Assembly (NCBI GenBank): GCA_028716965.1
Contig: JAQUOV010000005.1
Location: 71,009-135,008, forward strand
Length of the DNA stretch: 64,000 nt
Source: Candidatus Omnitrophota bacterium
Lineage (GTDB): Bacteria; Omnitrophota; Gorgyraeia; Gygaellales; Profunditerraquicolaceae
Direction of reading: 5' to 3'
Position numbers and translations under genes: made by a program. The stretch's first letter is position 1. Each line of letters opens with the position of its first letter. Below, in pieces: positions 26,382 through 36,451 of the stretch. The notes below the pieces were generated by a model. The model searched no databases and had not been told where the DNA came from. It was given only the letters and a program-made list of their open reading frames with translations.

Positions 26382-27671
26382 TTACATGGCATCGCGCAGT
26401 GATTCCGAAAGCGTAGGATGTGCAAAGATAACCTTGCGCACATCCTCTGCCTTAAGCCGCAGCGAAACAGCCATAGTTAAGACCGCAATAAGTTCAGTGG
26501 CCTTCGGCCCGACTATACAACCCCCGATAATCTCTTTACTCTTGCGGTCAAGCACAACCTTAATAAAACCTTCCGGTTCATCAATAATACGCGCCATTGC
26601 CGAAGCGCGAAAATCAAATTTATTTACCTTAACTGCAAGACCTGCGGCGATAGCTTTTTCTTCATTTAAGCCAACACTGGCAATCTCCGGATCGCAAAAT
26701 ACGCACGCCGGCACAACAGAGTTATCCGCTTTATTTTTATTGCCTGAAATTATATTCTCCACCGCAACAACCCCCTGGTAAGAGGCGTAATGGGCAAGCA
26801 TAACTTTAGCCGTACAATCACCTGCCGCGTATATATTGTCCAAGCTGGTCCTGAGATAATCATCAACAGCTATGCCTGTCTTCCCAAGTTTTATCCCTAA
26901 ACCTTCCAGGCCTAAACCGGAAATGTTAGGCTGCCTGCCTACGCAAACCAGGACTTTTTCATAATCATTTAAATTAACAGCCGACAGATCCGCATTAATA
27001 TGGACCTTTATCCCTTTCTTCTTAAAGATTACTTCTATTTTTCTGGCTGCCTCATTGTCCTCTCCCGGCAGAAGCAGGGGCATTTTTTCTACTATTGAAA
27101 CCTCTACCCCCAACATAGAAAATAGGCTGGCAAACTCGCAGCCGATTACCCCTCCTCCTACAATCAGCAAGGAATGCGGCAGGGACTCTAATGAAAGCGC
27201 CCCATCACTTGAGATTATTCTTGCAGCATCAAATTTTAGCTGCGGCAACTCAATGGCCCGGCTTCCGGTGCAAATAAGCATGAAATTAGTGCTGATTATC
27301 TGTCCGTCAACTTTTATTTCATGGTCCGTAACTATATGCGCTTTTGAAGCAACAAAGTCAATACCGGAAAGCCTGCTCTGCATGCCTTGCGCCAGGAGAC
27401 GGATAAGGTTATTTTTTTTCTCTTGAATTTTGTTGAAATTGAAACGCGGGTTATCCGCTTCAATACCAAAGCCGGATGATTTTTTGACAAGTGAATATCT
27501 TTTTGCGCAAGCAATTAAAGATTTGGTAGGTATGCAGCCCTGGTTGAGGCATGTGCCTCCGATTTGACCGCATTCAATAAGGCAAACTTTAAGGCCTGAT
27601 TCTTTTGCCCTTAAAGCAGCGTTGAAACCCGCCCAACCTGCTCCAATAACGCATAGATCATACATAGGCAT
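26382..27671 (-). CDS. lpd: dihydrolipoyl dehydrogenase-like FAD/NAD disulfide oxidoreductase (E3)
   Basis: GAGWAG FAD motif, GGTCLNQGCIPTK redox disulfide, C-terminal dimerisation domain with HPTLSE. Confidence 0.85.
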   Translation of the reverse strand: MPMYDLCVIGAGWAGFNAALRAKESGLKVCLIECGQIGGTCLNQGCIPTKSLIACAKRYSLVKKSSGFGIEADNPRFNFNKIQEKKNNLIRLLAQGMQSRLSGIDFVASKAHIVTDHEIKVDGQIISTNFMLICTGSRAIELPQLKFDAARIISSDGALSLESLPHSLLIVGGGVIGCEFASLFSMLGVEVSIVEKMPLLLPGEDNEAARKIEVIFKKKGIKVHINADLSAVNLNDYEKVLVCVGRQPNISGLGLEGLGIKLGKTGIAVDDYLRTSLDNIYAAGDCTAKVMLAHYASYQGVVAVENIISGNKNKADNSVVPACVFCDPEIASVGLNEEKAIAAGLAVKVNKFDFRASAMARIIDEPEGFIKVVLDRKSKEIIGGCIVGPKATELIAVLTMAVSLRLKAEDVRKVIFAHPTLSESLRDAM

Positions 27672-27674
27672 GGA

Positions 27675-28595
27675 TTAAGCCAACAATTGCGCTGCTGCTT
27701 GGGCTACCAAGATAGCCGATTTGCTCAGCCTGTCATTTTCTTCTTGCGAAATCTCTAATTCAATAACCTTCTCTATCCCCTCCTTGCCCAGGCGGCAAGG
27801 AACGCCGATACAAGTATCCTTGATTCCGTATTCCCCGTTCAGATAGCTGCATAAACCAATAATCCGTTTTTCATCCTTTACGATAGCCCTCACGATGGCA
27901 GCAATTGCTGCCGACGGCGCAAAGAACGCGCTTCCTGTCCCAAGGTTTGCAACAATCTCAGCGCCTCTGCCGACCGTACGAAGAACTAATGACTTGATTT
28001 TTTCTTCATCCATAAACTCATCCAGTGCCACACCTTTTACCTTTGTAAATGCCGACAGGGGCATCATCGCTTCGCCGTGTGCTCCAATGACCAATGCCTC
28101 AATATCCGTACTCAACAAACCCAGCTCCTGCGCTATGAGATTGGCAAAACGGGCAGTATCCAGGCTAATCCCCATTCCAAATAGCCTTTGGGGTTTAAAG
28201 CCGGTAACCTTCAGGGCATAAAAAGTCATGATATCCAGAGGGTTAGTCACTATTATAACAATAGCTGCCGCAGACAGCTCTTTTATATTTAAACATACAT
28301 CCTTTAATATTTGGGCGTTCCTGGTGATCAACTCTTCACGGCTCATCCCGGGTTTGCGCGCCAGGCCTGCGGTAACGATTATAATATCCGAATCTTTAAT
28401 CTGCCTGATATCATCACTTCCATTAATATTATAATTATGCTTCAATATCGGACGGGCATCCTCTAAATCCAGCGCCTTGCCGCATGCTAAGCCTTTTACT
28501 ACATCTACAAGCAAAACATCACCCAGCCCATCGCTGGCTATGCGCATCGCAGTTAAGCTTCCGACATTTCCGGCACCAATAATGCTTATTTTCAT
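27675..28595 (-). CDS. mdh: malate dehydrogenase (LDH-like family)
   Basis: MKISIIGAGNVGSL..., 306 aa, LDH/MDH family. Confidence 0.85.
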   Translation of the reverse strand: MKISIIGAGNVGSLTAMRIASDGLGDVLLVDVVKGLACGKALDLEDARPILKHNYNINGSDDIRQIKDSDIIIVTAGLARKPGMSREELITRNAQILKDVCLNIKELSAAAIVIIVTNPLDIMTFYALKVTGFKPQRLFGMGISLDTARFANLIAQELGLLSTDIEALVIGAHGEAMMPLSAFTKVKGVALDEFMDEEKIKSLVLRTVGRGAEIVANLGTGSAFFAPSAAIAAIVRAIVKDEKRIIGLCSYLNGEYGIKDTCIGVPCRLGKEGIEKVIELEISQEENDRLSKSAILVAQAAAQLLA

Positions 28596-28604
28596 ATTAT
28601 TCTT

Positions 28605-29690
28605 TTATTTCTTTATTTTTTCAATAATCGCATCTGCCATCTCCCTCGTGCCTACGGCGGATGGATCAAGCGGATCACTCTTTAAATCGTATGTTAAAGA
28701 TCTTCCTTCGGAGATAACCTCTTTTACGGCATTTTCCAGCATTTCTGCAGCTTTAGCTTCTTCAATATGGTGTAACATCAATACGCCGGATAAGATCATA
28801 GCCACAGGGTTTACTTTATTTAACCCCTTGTATTTAGGAGCTGAGCCGTGTACCGCTTCAAAAACTGCGCTATCAAAACCGATATTTGCGCCGGGAGCAA
28901 CCCCTAAACCTCCCACTAGCCCCGCGCAAAGGTCAGAAATTATATCGCCATAAAGATTGGGCAACAATAGGACATCGTATTTATTCGGCTTGACCACCAG
29001 CTGCATAGCCATATTATCCACGATCGCTTCTTCAAAAACTACCCTGCCGGAAAACTCCCGGGCAACCTCACGGGAAACTTTCAAGAATAGCCCGTCGGTG
29101 AATTTCATGATATTTGCCTTATGCACGCAGGTAACCTTTTTGCGCCCGTTCTTTAAAGCGTATTCAAAAGCAAATCTGGCTATCCTCTCCGTAGCAAATT
29201 TAGATATAGGCTTAATGCTTATCCCTGAATCAGGCCGGATATCTTTATCTGCGTCCCTTCCTATCTGGCTAATCAATGCTTTGGTCTGGGGTTTTCCCTC
29301 CTCAAACTCTATCCCCATATAAAGGTCTTCGCTGTTTTCCCTGATAATAACCAAATCAATATCATTAAATTTGCTTTTAATGCCGGCATAGCTTTTTGCA
29401 GGACGCACACAGGCAAAAAGCTCAAGTGCCTGCCTGATAGCTACATTTACCGAACGGAATCCGGTACCGATCGGAGTAGTTATAGGGCCTTTAAGGGCAA
29501 CCTTATTTTTCTTGATGGATTCTAAAACGCTCTTCGGCAGAAGCTCCCCGGTTTTTTCAAGTGCGTCAGCTCCGGCAAGCGCCTCTTCCCATTTAATATC
29601 TACGCCCGTTGCCTCTATGCACCTTACAGCTGCCGAAGAAACTTCTCTGCCAATGCCGTCGCCGGGTATGAGGGTTATTTTATGCGTCAT
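28605..29690 (-). CDS. isocitrate / 3-isopropylmalate dehydrogenase family enzyme
   Basis: IPGDGIGREV..., NLYGDIISD motif; next to leuD/leuC, so it could be LeuB, homoisocitrate DH or NAD-IDH. Confidence 0.8.
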   Translation of the reverse strand: MTHKITLIPGDGIGREVSSAAVRCIEATGVDIKWEEALAGADALEKTGELLPKSVLESIKKNKVALKGPITTPIGTGFRSVNVAIRQALELFACVRPAKSYAGIKSKFNDIDLVIIRENSEDLYMGIEFEEGKPQTKALISQIGRDADKDIRPDSGISIKPISKFATERIARFAFEYALKNGRKKVTCVHKANIMKFTDGLFLKVSREVAREFSGRVVFEEAIVDNMAMQLVVKPNKYDVLLLPNLYGDIISDLCAGLVGGLGVAPGANIGFDSAVFEAVHGSAPKYKGLNKVNPVAMILSGVLMLHHIEEAKAAEMLENAVKEVISEGRSLTYDLKSDPLDPSAVGTREMADAIIEKIKK

Positions 29691-29691
29691 T

Positions 29692-30192
29692 TTAAATTTT
29701 AAGTTCTCCGTATTTTTTATAGTAATTAACTATCCCGCCTTCGGCTAAAAGCTCCTGCATAAATTTAGGCAAAGGCCTGATTTTCAAGTCTATATTCTTG
29801 GTTAGGTTCTTTACCAATCCCTTATCCAGATCAATCTGGAGCTGGTCTGACTCATCGATCTTGGAGGTGTCCGTTTCAATCAGCGGCAGGCCGATATTGA
29901 AACTATTGCGGAAGAATATCCGCGCAAATTGCGGTGATAATACCGCTACAATCCCTGCTTCTTTAATCACCAAAGGTGCCTGCTCGCGGCTGGAGCCCAT
30001 GCCGAAATTATTCCCGGCAACAATAATAGATTTTCCGGGGGTAATCTTCTGGGGGAATGCCGGGTCAATGTCCTCCATAATATGTTTGGCCAACTCCGAT
30101 AAATCAGTAATCGCAAACTTGTATCTTCCGGAAATAATAAAATCCGTGTTGATATTGTCGCCCAATTTTAAGCTTTTTCCTGCCAGGATCAT
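29692..30192 (-). CDS. leuD: 3-isopropylmalate dehydratase small subunit (archaeal-type LeuD)
   Basis: 166 aa, DNINTDFIISGRY aconitase swivel-domain motif. Confidence 0.8.
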   Translation of the reverse strand: MILAGKSLKLGDNINTDFIISGRYKFAITDLSELAKHIMEDIDPAFPQKITPGKSIIVAGNNFGMGSSREQAPLVIKEAGIVAVLSPQFARIFFRNSFNIGLPLIETDTSKIDESDQLQIDLDKGLVKNLTKNIDLKIRPLPKFMQELLAEGGIVNYYKKYGELKI

Positions 30193-31235
30193 AACTGCTT
30201 AAATTCCTCCCTATTCTTAACTTTAGACATGGCCATATCCAAAGAAATCAGCTCTTTTTGATGCAACTCCTTCAGCGATTTATCCATAGTATGCATACCA
30301 TGCTGCGAGCCTGTCTGCATCAAAGTCGGTATCTGCTCAATCTCCTGCTCACGGATGAGGTTGCGGATGCCCGGAGTAGCCACCATAACTTCAGTGCACA
30401 AAACCCTTCCCTTTCCGGAAATATGCGGCAGGAGCAGCTGCGAAACCACCCCCTGCAAACAATCAGAAAGCTGCATCTTAACCTGTTGCTGCTGATGAGG
30501 AGGGAAAACATCAATGATCCTGGCAATAGTCTGCGGTGCATCAGGAGTATGCAGGGTTGCCAAAACAAGGTGTCCGGTCTCGGCGGCTGTTAAAGCTGTC
30601 GAGATAGTTTCCAGATCGCGCATTTCACCGACCACAATCACATTCGGATCCTGACGCAAGGCATGGCGCAAGGCCTGGGCAAAGGAATGCGTGTCCGAAT
30701 AAACCTCCCGCTGCTTGATTATACTCTTTTTATTGGCAAAAATGAACTCAATCGGGTCTTCTATGCAAGTAATCAAACATTCGCGTTCGCTGTTTATATG
30801 ATTGATCATCGCGGCTAAAGTAGTGGTTTTACCCATGCCCGTAGGCCCTGTTACCAGCACCAAGCCATTGGGTTTATCCGCCAAGGCAATAACGATGTTT
30901 GGTAAATTCAACTCTTCAGCATTGGGTATCTCTAACGGGATACGGCGGAAGGCCCCCTCAACACTGCCTTTTTGCGTATGGATATTGACCCGGAAACGGT
31001 CCAATTCAGGCAGGGCAAGCGAAAAATCCAGCTCCAATTCACGCTCAAATATTTCTTTCTGGGCGTTAGAAAGTACGCCGTAGATCATCTTCTTCAGCTC
31101 CTGTTTATCTAACTTGCCCAGTTCGGTACGCACTAATCTGCCGTCAATTCGCAAGATCGGAGGCTCGCTCTCCGTAACATGTAAATCCGAAGCGCCTTTT
31201 TCAATACACATCAAAAGCAAATCACGAATCTCCAT
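30189..31235 (-). CDS. pilT: type IV pilus retraction ATPase
   Basis: 348 aa; GPTGMGKTT Walker A, PilT-family N-terminus; sits between leuD and leuC. Confidence 0.85.
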   Translation of the reverse strand: MEIRDLLLMCIEKGASDLHVTESEPPILRIDGRLVRTELGKLDKQELKKMIYGVLSNAQKEIFERELELDFSLALPELDRFRVNIHTQKGSVEGAFRRIPLEIPNAEELNLPNIVIALADKPNGLVLVTGPTGMGKTTTLAAMINHINSERECLITCIEDPIEFIFANKKSIIKQREVYSDTHSFAQALRHALRQDPNVIVVGEMRDLETISTALTAAETGHLVLATLHTPDAPQTIARIIDVFPPHQQQQVKMQLSDCLQGVVSQLLLPHISGKGRVLCTEVMVATPGIRNLIREQEIEQIPTLMQTGSQHGMHTMDKSLKELHQKELISLDMAMSKVKNREEFKQL

Positions 31236-31249
31236 AGTCCCCCCTTTAT

Positions 31250-32503
31250 TTAGAAGTAACCCCTTGGATCGCTGATATACCCCTTAAGCGCTGAAGCGGC
31301 AACAGTAGCCGGAGAAGCCAAATAAATAAATGCCGCAGGATTACCCATTCTTCCTTTAAAATTCCGGTTAGCGGTTGAAATCACCGTTTCACCGTCGGCT
31401 GGTATGCCATTATGCGTACCCACGCATGGACCGCAACCGGGCGCAACAACCACTGCGCCGGCTTTAATAAATGTATCGATTAATCCCAGTCTTAATGCCT
31501 CCAGGTAAACCCCGCGCGAACTAGGGGCAATAATCATCTTAACCTCCGGATGGATCCTTCGTTTAGATAAAACCCTTGCCGCTGCTTTAAAATCATCCAT
31601 CCTGCCGTTAGTACAGGTACCCAGAAAAGCCTCATTTATCTTTATCCTCTTTAAATCACCCGCTTCGGATACGTTATCCACGCTATGCGGCATGGAAACC
31701 ATGGGTTTAAGCCTTGAAACATCAAATTCATGCACACTTTCATAAACAGCGCCATTGTCTGCGGCAACCTGTTCAATATGCCTGCTTCTACCGATCCTGG
31801 GTTTCAGCCAGGCAATAGTTTTATTATCGACAGGCATGAATCCTGCCTTTGCGCCCATCTCAACCAGCATATTGGCAATAGTGAAACGACCATCCATTCC
31901 CATATTATCAATCACCGACCCGGAAAATTCAACTGCTTTGTAGGTTGCTCCGTCGCTTTTCAACTTCCCGATTATATCCAGGATTACATCTTTGGCAAAA
32001 ACCCCTTTCGGTAATTTACCATTAACTACGACCTTTATAGTCGCAGGCACCTTAAACCAGTTCCTTCCGGTGGCAAGAGTTATAGCTAAATCCGTAGAGC
32101 CGACCCCCGTAGAAAACGCGCCTATTGCCCCGTAAGTACAGGTATGCGAATCCGCGCCTAAGACCAAATACCCCGGCAGTATATTCCCGGATTCAGGTAT
32201 AACCTGATGGCACACCCCGCAGCCGATATCAAAAACCTCTTTTTTAAAGACTTTTGCAAAATCACGCATCTTTTTATGTACCCGGGAAACCCCTTCGCTC
32301 GGTGACGGCGCGCTATGGTCAATTACCATACAGAAGCCGGTTTTAAAATCTTTGACCCCCAACTCTTTAATCCGGTCAATGATTATTGAAGAGGTGCCGT
32401 CCTGACCAAAGGCAAAATCTACCTTGCATACGGCAAAATCTCCGGCGCGCAACTGCCTTCCTGCGTGTTTACTTAATATTTTCTCCGCAATTGTTTTAGC
32501 CAT
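31250..32503 (-). CDS. leuC: 3-isopropylmalate dehydratase large subunit (archaeal-type LeuC / homoaconitase family)
   Basis: 417 aa aconitase catalytic domain, Cys ligands (CGPCVG). Confidence 0.82.
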   Translation of the reverse strand: MAKTIAEKILSKHAGRQLRAGDFAVCKVDFAFGQDGTSSIIIDRIKELGVKDFKTGFCMVIDHSAPSPSEGVSRVHKKMRDFAKVFKKEVFDIGCGVCHQVIPESGNILPGYLVLGADSHTCTYGAIGAFSTGVGSTDLAITLATGRNWFKVPATIKVVVNGKLPKGVFAKDVILDIIGKLKSDGATYKAVEFSGSVIDNMGMDGRFTIANMLVEMGAKAGFMPVDNKTIAWLKPRIGRSRHIEQVAADNGAVYESVHEFDVSRLKPMVSMPHSVDNVSEAGDLKRIKINEAFLGTCTNGRMDDFKAAARVLSKRRIHPEVKMIIAPSSRGVYLEALRLGLIDTFIKAGAVVVAPGCGPCVGTHNGIPADGETVISTANRNFKGRMGNPAAFIYLASPATVAASALKGYISDPRGYF

Positions 32504-32525
32504 ATGCCTTTCCCTGCATCCCTGC

Positions 32526-33716
32526 CTACTGTGCGCTAACTGTTAAATTACCCACCCACTTCTCTATCCTATCCATGCCTTTTTCCAGCTCTTCCATACC
32601 CGTGGCAAAACTTATCCTTATATAATCATCCATACCGAAGCTTGATCCCGGGATAACGCTGACATATTCTTCATCCAGCAAGCGCCTTGCAAAATCCATG
32701 GAATCAAGGCCGGTTTTAGATATAGAGCAAAACATATAAAATGCCCCCCCGGGCAATGTAAAGCTCATATTCTTGATTCTCTTCAGCCTTCCCGCAAGAT
32801 AATCCCTGCGCTTTTGGAACTCCTGGCATAATTTGAGCGTAAAATCTTCGGGGGCGGATAATGCGGCTACTGCCGCTTTCTGGGCTATAGAATTCGGGTT
32901 AGAGGTTGAGTGGTCCTGGAGGTTAGAGATAGCATTGGCTACATCGTTGGGGGCGCCAAGATAGCCGATGCGCCAGCCGGTCATCGAATGGCTCTTGGAT
33001 AAACCATTGACCGTAACCGTCAGCTCATATATGTCCTTGTTGAAACTTGCAATTGATTCCTGTCTTGCGCCGTCAAAAATAATCTTTTCATAAATCTCAT
33101 CGCTGATTACAAAGATATTCTTGTCCACGCAGACCTTGGCGATCTCTTCAAGTTCAGAACGGCTATAGACTGAACCGGCCGGGTTTGACGGGCTGTTGAT
33201 AATTAACGCCTTGGTTTTCGTACTAATATGTTTCTTAAGGTCAGTTACGCTGATCTTGAAATTATTGGCGGCAGTTGTTTTAATAAAACGCGGAGTAGCT
33301 TCACAGAGATTGACCATTTCGGGGTAACTAACCCAATAAGGCAAGGGGATAATCACCTCATCATGTTTATTTAATAACACCATCAGCGCGTTATAAATGC
33401 CATGCTTGGCGCCGCAAGAAACAATCACCTGACTGGGCGCGTATTCCAGCGAATTATCCTTTTTGAATTTCTGGCAAATGAGTTTTTTTAATTCCGGGAT
33501 GCCTGTAGTGGGGGTATATTTGGTAAAACCTGATTTTAAAGCCTCAACTGCTGCATCCTTGATAAAATCAGGAGTGTCGAAGTCCGGCTCTCCGGCGGCG
33601 AAATTGACTATATCCTTACCTTCGTTCTTAAGCTTTCTGGCTTTAGAAGTTATTGTTAATGTTGAAGAAGGATTTATCTTTTTTAAACGCTCCGCAAGCC
33701 TTGTATCTATTTTCAT
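32526..33716 (-). CDS. class I/II pyridoxal-phosphate aminotransferase (aspartate aminotransferase-like)
   Basis: 396 aa, NPSNPAGSVYS and SKSHSMTGWRIGY (PLP-Lys) motifs. Confidence 0.85.
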   Translation of the reverse strand: MKIDTRLAERLKKINPSSTLTITSKARKLKNEGKDIVNFAAGEPDFDTPDFIKDAAVEALKSGFTKYTPTTGIPELKKLICQKFKKDNSLEYAPSQVIVSCGAKHGIYNALMVLLNKHDEVIIPLPYWVSYPEMVNLCEATPRFIKTTAANNFKISVTDLKKHISTKTKALIINSPSNPAGSVYSRSELEEIAKVCVDKNIFVISDEIYEKIIFDGARQESIASFNKDIYELTVTVNGLSKSHSMTGWRIGYLGAPNDVANAISNLQDHSTSNPNSIAQKAAVAALSAPEDFTLKLCQEFQKRRDYLAGRLKRIKNMSFTLPGGAFYMFCSISKTGLDSMDFARRLLDEEYVSVIPGSSFGMDDYIRISFATGMEELEKGMDRIEKWVGNLTVSAQ

Positions 33717-33732
33717 AGAAGTTTTTCATTAC

Positions 33733-34311
33733 TTACAAAGAATCGCTTTTCTTCCTGAATATATTTCTTATTCCTCCGATGAACTTCTTCTGCGGCTTCT
33801 TATCTTTAGCCGGATTCTCTTTGGGGGCAACTTCCTGCTTTTTCTCTCCGCTCACTTTTCCTTTAACAGGATTTTCCGCGCTTACTTCATCCGCAGGCTG
33901 AGACGGCTTAAGCTTTGCCTCTTTGGCCAGCTTGGCCTTTTTAGTTTCTTTTTTCTCTATTTCAGTAAGCTCAAAAATCACCATCTCGGCGTCATCTCCG
34001 CGTCTCCTGCCCAGGCTGATAATCCTGGTGAACCCGCTGTTCCTCTTGGAGAAACGGGGGCCGATTTCATTAAATAGAATATTGACCAGCTTATGCTCCC
34101 CCAGAACTTTTTGCGCCTGCCGGCGGGCAAAAAGCGTATTTTCTTTAGCCATTGTTATAAGTCTCTCAACCATATGACGGCTGGCTTTTGCCCTGGTCAA
34201 TGTGGTCTTTATGCTCTGACAAAGTATCATATTCCTCGCCAGGCTCTTTATTGTCGCCTCATGCCAGCTGGTAAAACGGTTAAGTTGCAGTCTCTTTTTC
34301 GCATGTCTCAT
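33733..34311 (-). CDS. rplQ: 50S ribosomal protein L17 with ~65-aa Lys-rich C-terminal extension
   Basis: N-terminal 120 aa canonical L17; tail KKETKKAKLAKEAKLKP... Confidence 0.9.
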   Translation of the reverse strand: MRHAKKRLQLNRFTSWHEATIKSLARNMILCQSIKTTLTRAKASRHMVERLITMAKENTLFARRQAQKVLGEHKLVNILFNEIGPRFSKRNSGFTRIISLGRRRGDDAEMVIFELTEIEKKETKKAKLAKEAKLKPSQPADEVSAENPVKGKVSGEKKQEVAPKENPAKDKKPQKKFIGGIRNIFRKKSDSL

Positions 34312-34316
34312 TTTAT

Positions 34317-35309
34317 TTAGCCCTTCTTTAACTTCTTAAGGTCAACCTGCATCCCTAAAGTTACCCCCATACCCATAAGCAGTTCCTGGATCTCGGTAAG
34401 GGATTTTTTGCCAAAGTTCTTAAAATTAAGCATCTCCTCTTCGCTTTTTCTGACCAGGTCAGCGATAATCTTAATACCCGCTTCCCTTAAACAGTTTGAG
34501 CTTCTGACTGAAAGCTCAAGCTCAGAAATAGGAAGCCTTAATTTCTCGTATAGGGCAAGTTCCTCTTTGGTCATCTCCGGCTCTTCTTCTATAATATCCT
34601 CGGGTAATTGTCCGAAGTTTACGAAAATATCCAGATGCCTCTGTAAAATATTAGAGGCATAAAGCAGCGCGTCTTTCGGGCTGATGCTGCCGTTGGTCCA
34701 AATCTCAAAGATTAACTTATCGTAATCCGTACGCTGCCCCACACGCGTATTCTCCACGAAATAGTTGATCTTCTTAACCGGAGTAAATATTGAATCCACG
34801 GGGATGAAACCGGAAACTTTATCTTCTTTCTTTTTAAATTCTGCCGGGACATATCCTCTGCCGCGGGAAACCTCCATCTCGATATTAAGCTTGGTATCCT
34901 TGGTGAGGGTGGCAATGTGCAGCTCAGGATTGATTATCTCAATCGTTTCATCGGTTTCAATATCTTTTGCCTTAACCTCACCCTTTTTATCAGCTTTCAA
35001 ATAAATTGTTTTTGGAATTTTGGAATGAGAGTTTATTACCAGGCTCTTGATATTCAGGATTATCTCCGGAACATCCTCCAGGATCCCCGGGATAGTAGAA
35101 AATTCATGCAGCGCTCCTGCAATCTTGACCGAACTGACTGCGCTTCCTTCTATTGAAGAAAGCAGAACCCTGCGCAAAGAGTTGCCGAGAGTAACCCCAT
35201 AACCTCTTTCAAAAGGGGCGGCCGCAAATTTACCATATGTATCCGTATATACCGACTCATCACATTCAAGTTTTTTAGGGAACTGAAAGTCTCTCCATTT
35301 TATACCCAT
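34317..35309 (-). CDS. rpoA: DNA-directed RNA polymerase subunit alpha
   Basis: 330 aa; NTD plus CTD; located between rpsD and rplQ. Confidence 0.95.
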   Translation of the reverse strand: MGIKWRDFQFPKKLECDESVYTDTYGKFAAAPFERGYGVTLGNSLRRVLLSSIEGSAVSSVKIAGALHEFSTIPGILEDVPEIILNIKSLVINSHSKIPKTIYLKADKKGEVKAKDIETDETIEIINPELHIATLTKDTKLNIEMEVSRGRGYVPAEFKKKEDKVSGFIPVDSIFTPVKKINYFVENTRVGQRTDYDKLIFEIWTNGSISPKDALLYASNILQRHLDIFVNFGQLPEDIIEEEPEMTKEELALYEKLRLPISELELSVRSSNCLREAGIKIIADLVRKSEEEMLNFKNFGKKSLTEIQELLMGMGVTLGMQVDLKKLKKG

Positions 35310-35413
35310 TTATATCCTCCTTAAGCGATATTTTCTTATTATCTCAAAAATCAAGCACCTTAAATCTTTTATTCAGCGAAGTCCCTGCGAACATAAGTGA
35401 GCAGGGATTCATG

Positions 35414-36043
35414 CTATTTGGAATACAACTCGACAATTAACTGTTCCTGGATCGGCTGCTGCACGTCGGACCTCTCCGGAAGCCTTAGGACCTTACCCTT
35501 CATTTCGGCTGCCGAGAATTCAAGCCAGCCGGGTACAGTCCTCTCCTTAGAAAACTCCAGGTTATCCTTGATCTTGATCTTAGGCTTATCCTTGCATTTA
35601 ATCTCAATTACGTCATCTTTATGCACCAGGAATGACGGGATGTTCACTCTGCGGGAGTTAACCGCTATCAAATTATGCCTGACAACCTGACGGGCCTGTG
35701 AGCGTGAAATACCCAGACCCATGCGAAAAACAACATTATCCAGCCTGCGCTCCAATAACTGCAAAAGCAATTTACCGGTTACGCCCTTAGACTTTGAAGC
35801 AATCTTGAAATACTTACGGAACTGCTTTTCTAATACGCCGTAGACCCTCTTTACTTTTTGTTTTTCCTTCAGTTGCAGACCATAGTTAGAAAGCTTTTTT
35901 CTCTTGCCTTCTCCATGCTGCCCGGGCGGATAAGCCCTTTTATTGGCCGGGCATTTTTCAGCCTGGCATTTTGTCCCTTTTAAAAACAATTTTTCGCCCT
36001 GCCTGCGGCATAACCTGCAAACTGCACCAGTATAACGAGCCAT
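35414..36043 (-). CDS. rpsD: 30S ribosomal protein S4
   Basis: MARYTGAVCRLCRR... Zn-finger type S4. Confidence 0.95.
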   Translation of the reverse strand: MARYTGAVCRLCRRQGEKLFLKGTKCQAEKCPANKRAYPPGQHGEGKRKKLSNYGLQLKEKQKVKRVYGVLEKQFRKYFKIASKSKGVTGKLLLQLLERRLDNVVFRMGLGISRSQARQVVRHNLIAVNSRRVNIPSFLVHKDDVIEIKCKDKPKIKIKDNLEFSKERTVPGWLEFSAAEMKGKVLRLPERSDVQQPIQEQLIVELYSK

Positions 36044-36046
36044 AAA

Positions 36047-36436
36047 TTATACTCTCCTTTTCTTCTTGGGACGGCAACCATTATGAGGAATAGGAGTTAC
36101 ATCCTTAATCAAAGTTACCACCAAGCCAGCCGCCTGAAGCGCGCGGATTGCTGACTCCCTGCCAAAACCCGGCCCCTTTACATAAACCTCAACCTCTTTA
36201 AGCCCCACCTCTTTAGCCTTCCTGGCGGCATCGGTTGCAGCCACCTGGGCGGCAAAAGGCGTGGATTTCTTAGACCCGCTGTAACCGACATTGCCGGGTG
36301 CGCTCCAGGCTATAACATTGCCCTGCTTATCGGTTATACTGATAATTGTATTATTAAAACTTGCCTGTATATGCGCAACACCGCTGGTTACGCCTCTAGC
36401 AATCTTCTTCTTTTTTGCTTTATCTTTCGTTGCCAT
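36047..36436 (-). CDS. rpsK: 30S ribosomal protein S11
   Basis: canonical S11. Confidence 0.95.
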   Translation of the reverse strand: MATKDKAKKKKIARGVTSGVAHIQASFNNTIISITDKQGNVIAWSAPGNVGYSGSKKSTPFAAQVAATDAARKAKEVGLKEVEVYVKGPGFGRESAIRALQAAGLVVTLIKDVTPIPHNGCRPKKKRRV

Positions 36437-36451
36437 ATTCTGTTTACTCCC

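Noticed and set aside
28605-32503. Calling the dehydrogenase plus LeuCD set a definite leucine-biosynthesis operon
   Set aside because: The same enzyme families serve leucine, lysine (AAA) and isocitrate/TCA-like chemistry. With MDH and E3 adjacent and no leuA in the window, the specific pathway cannot be assigned from sequence alone.
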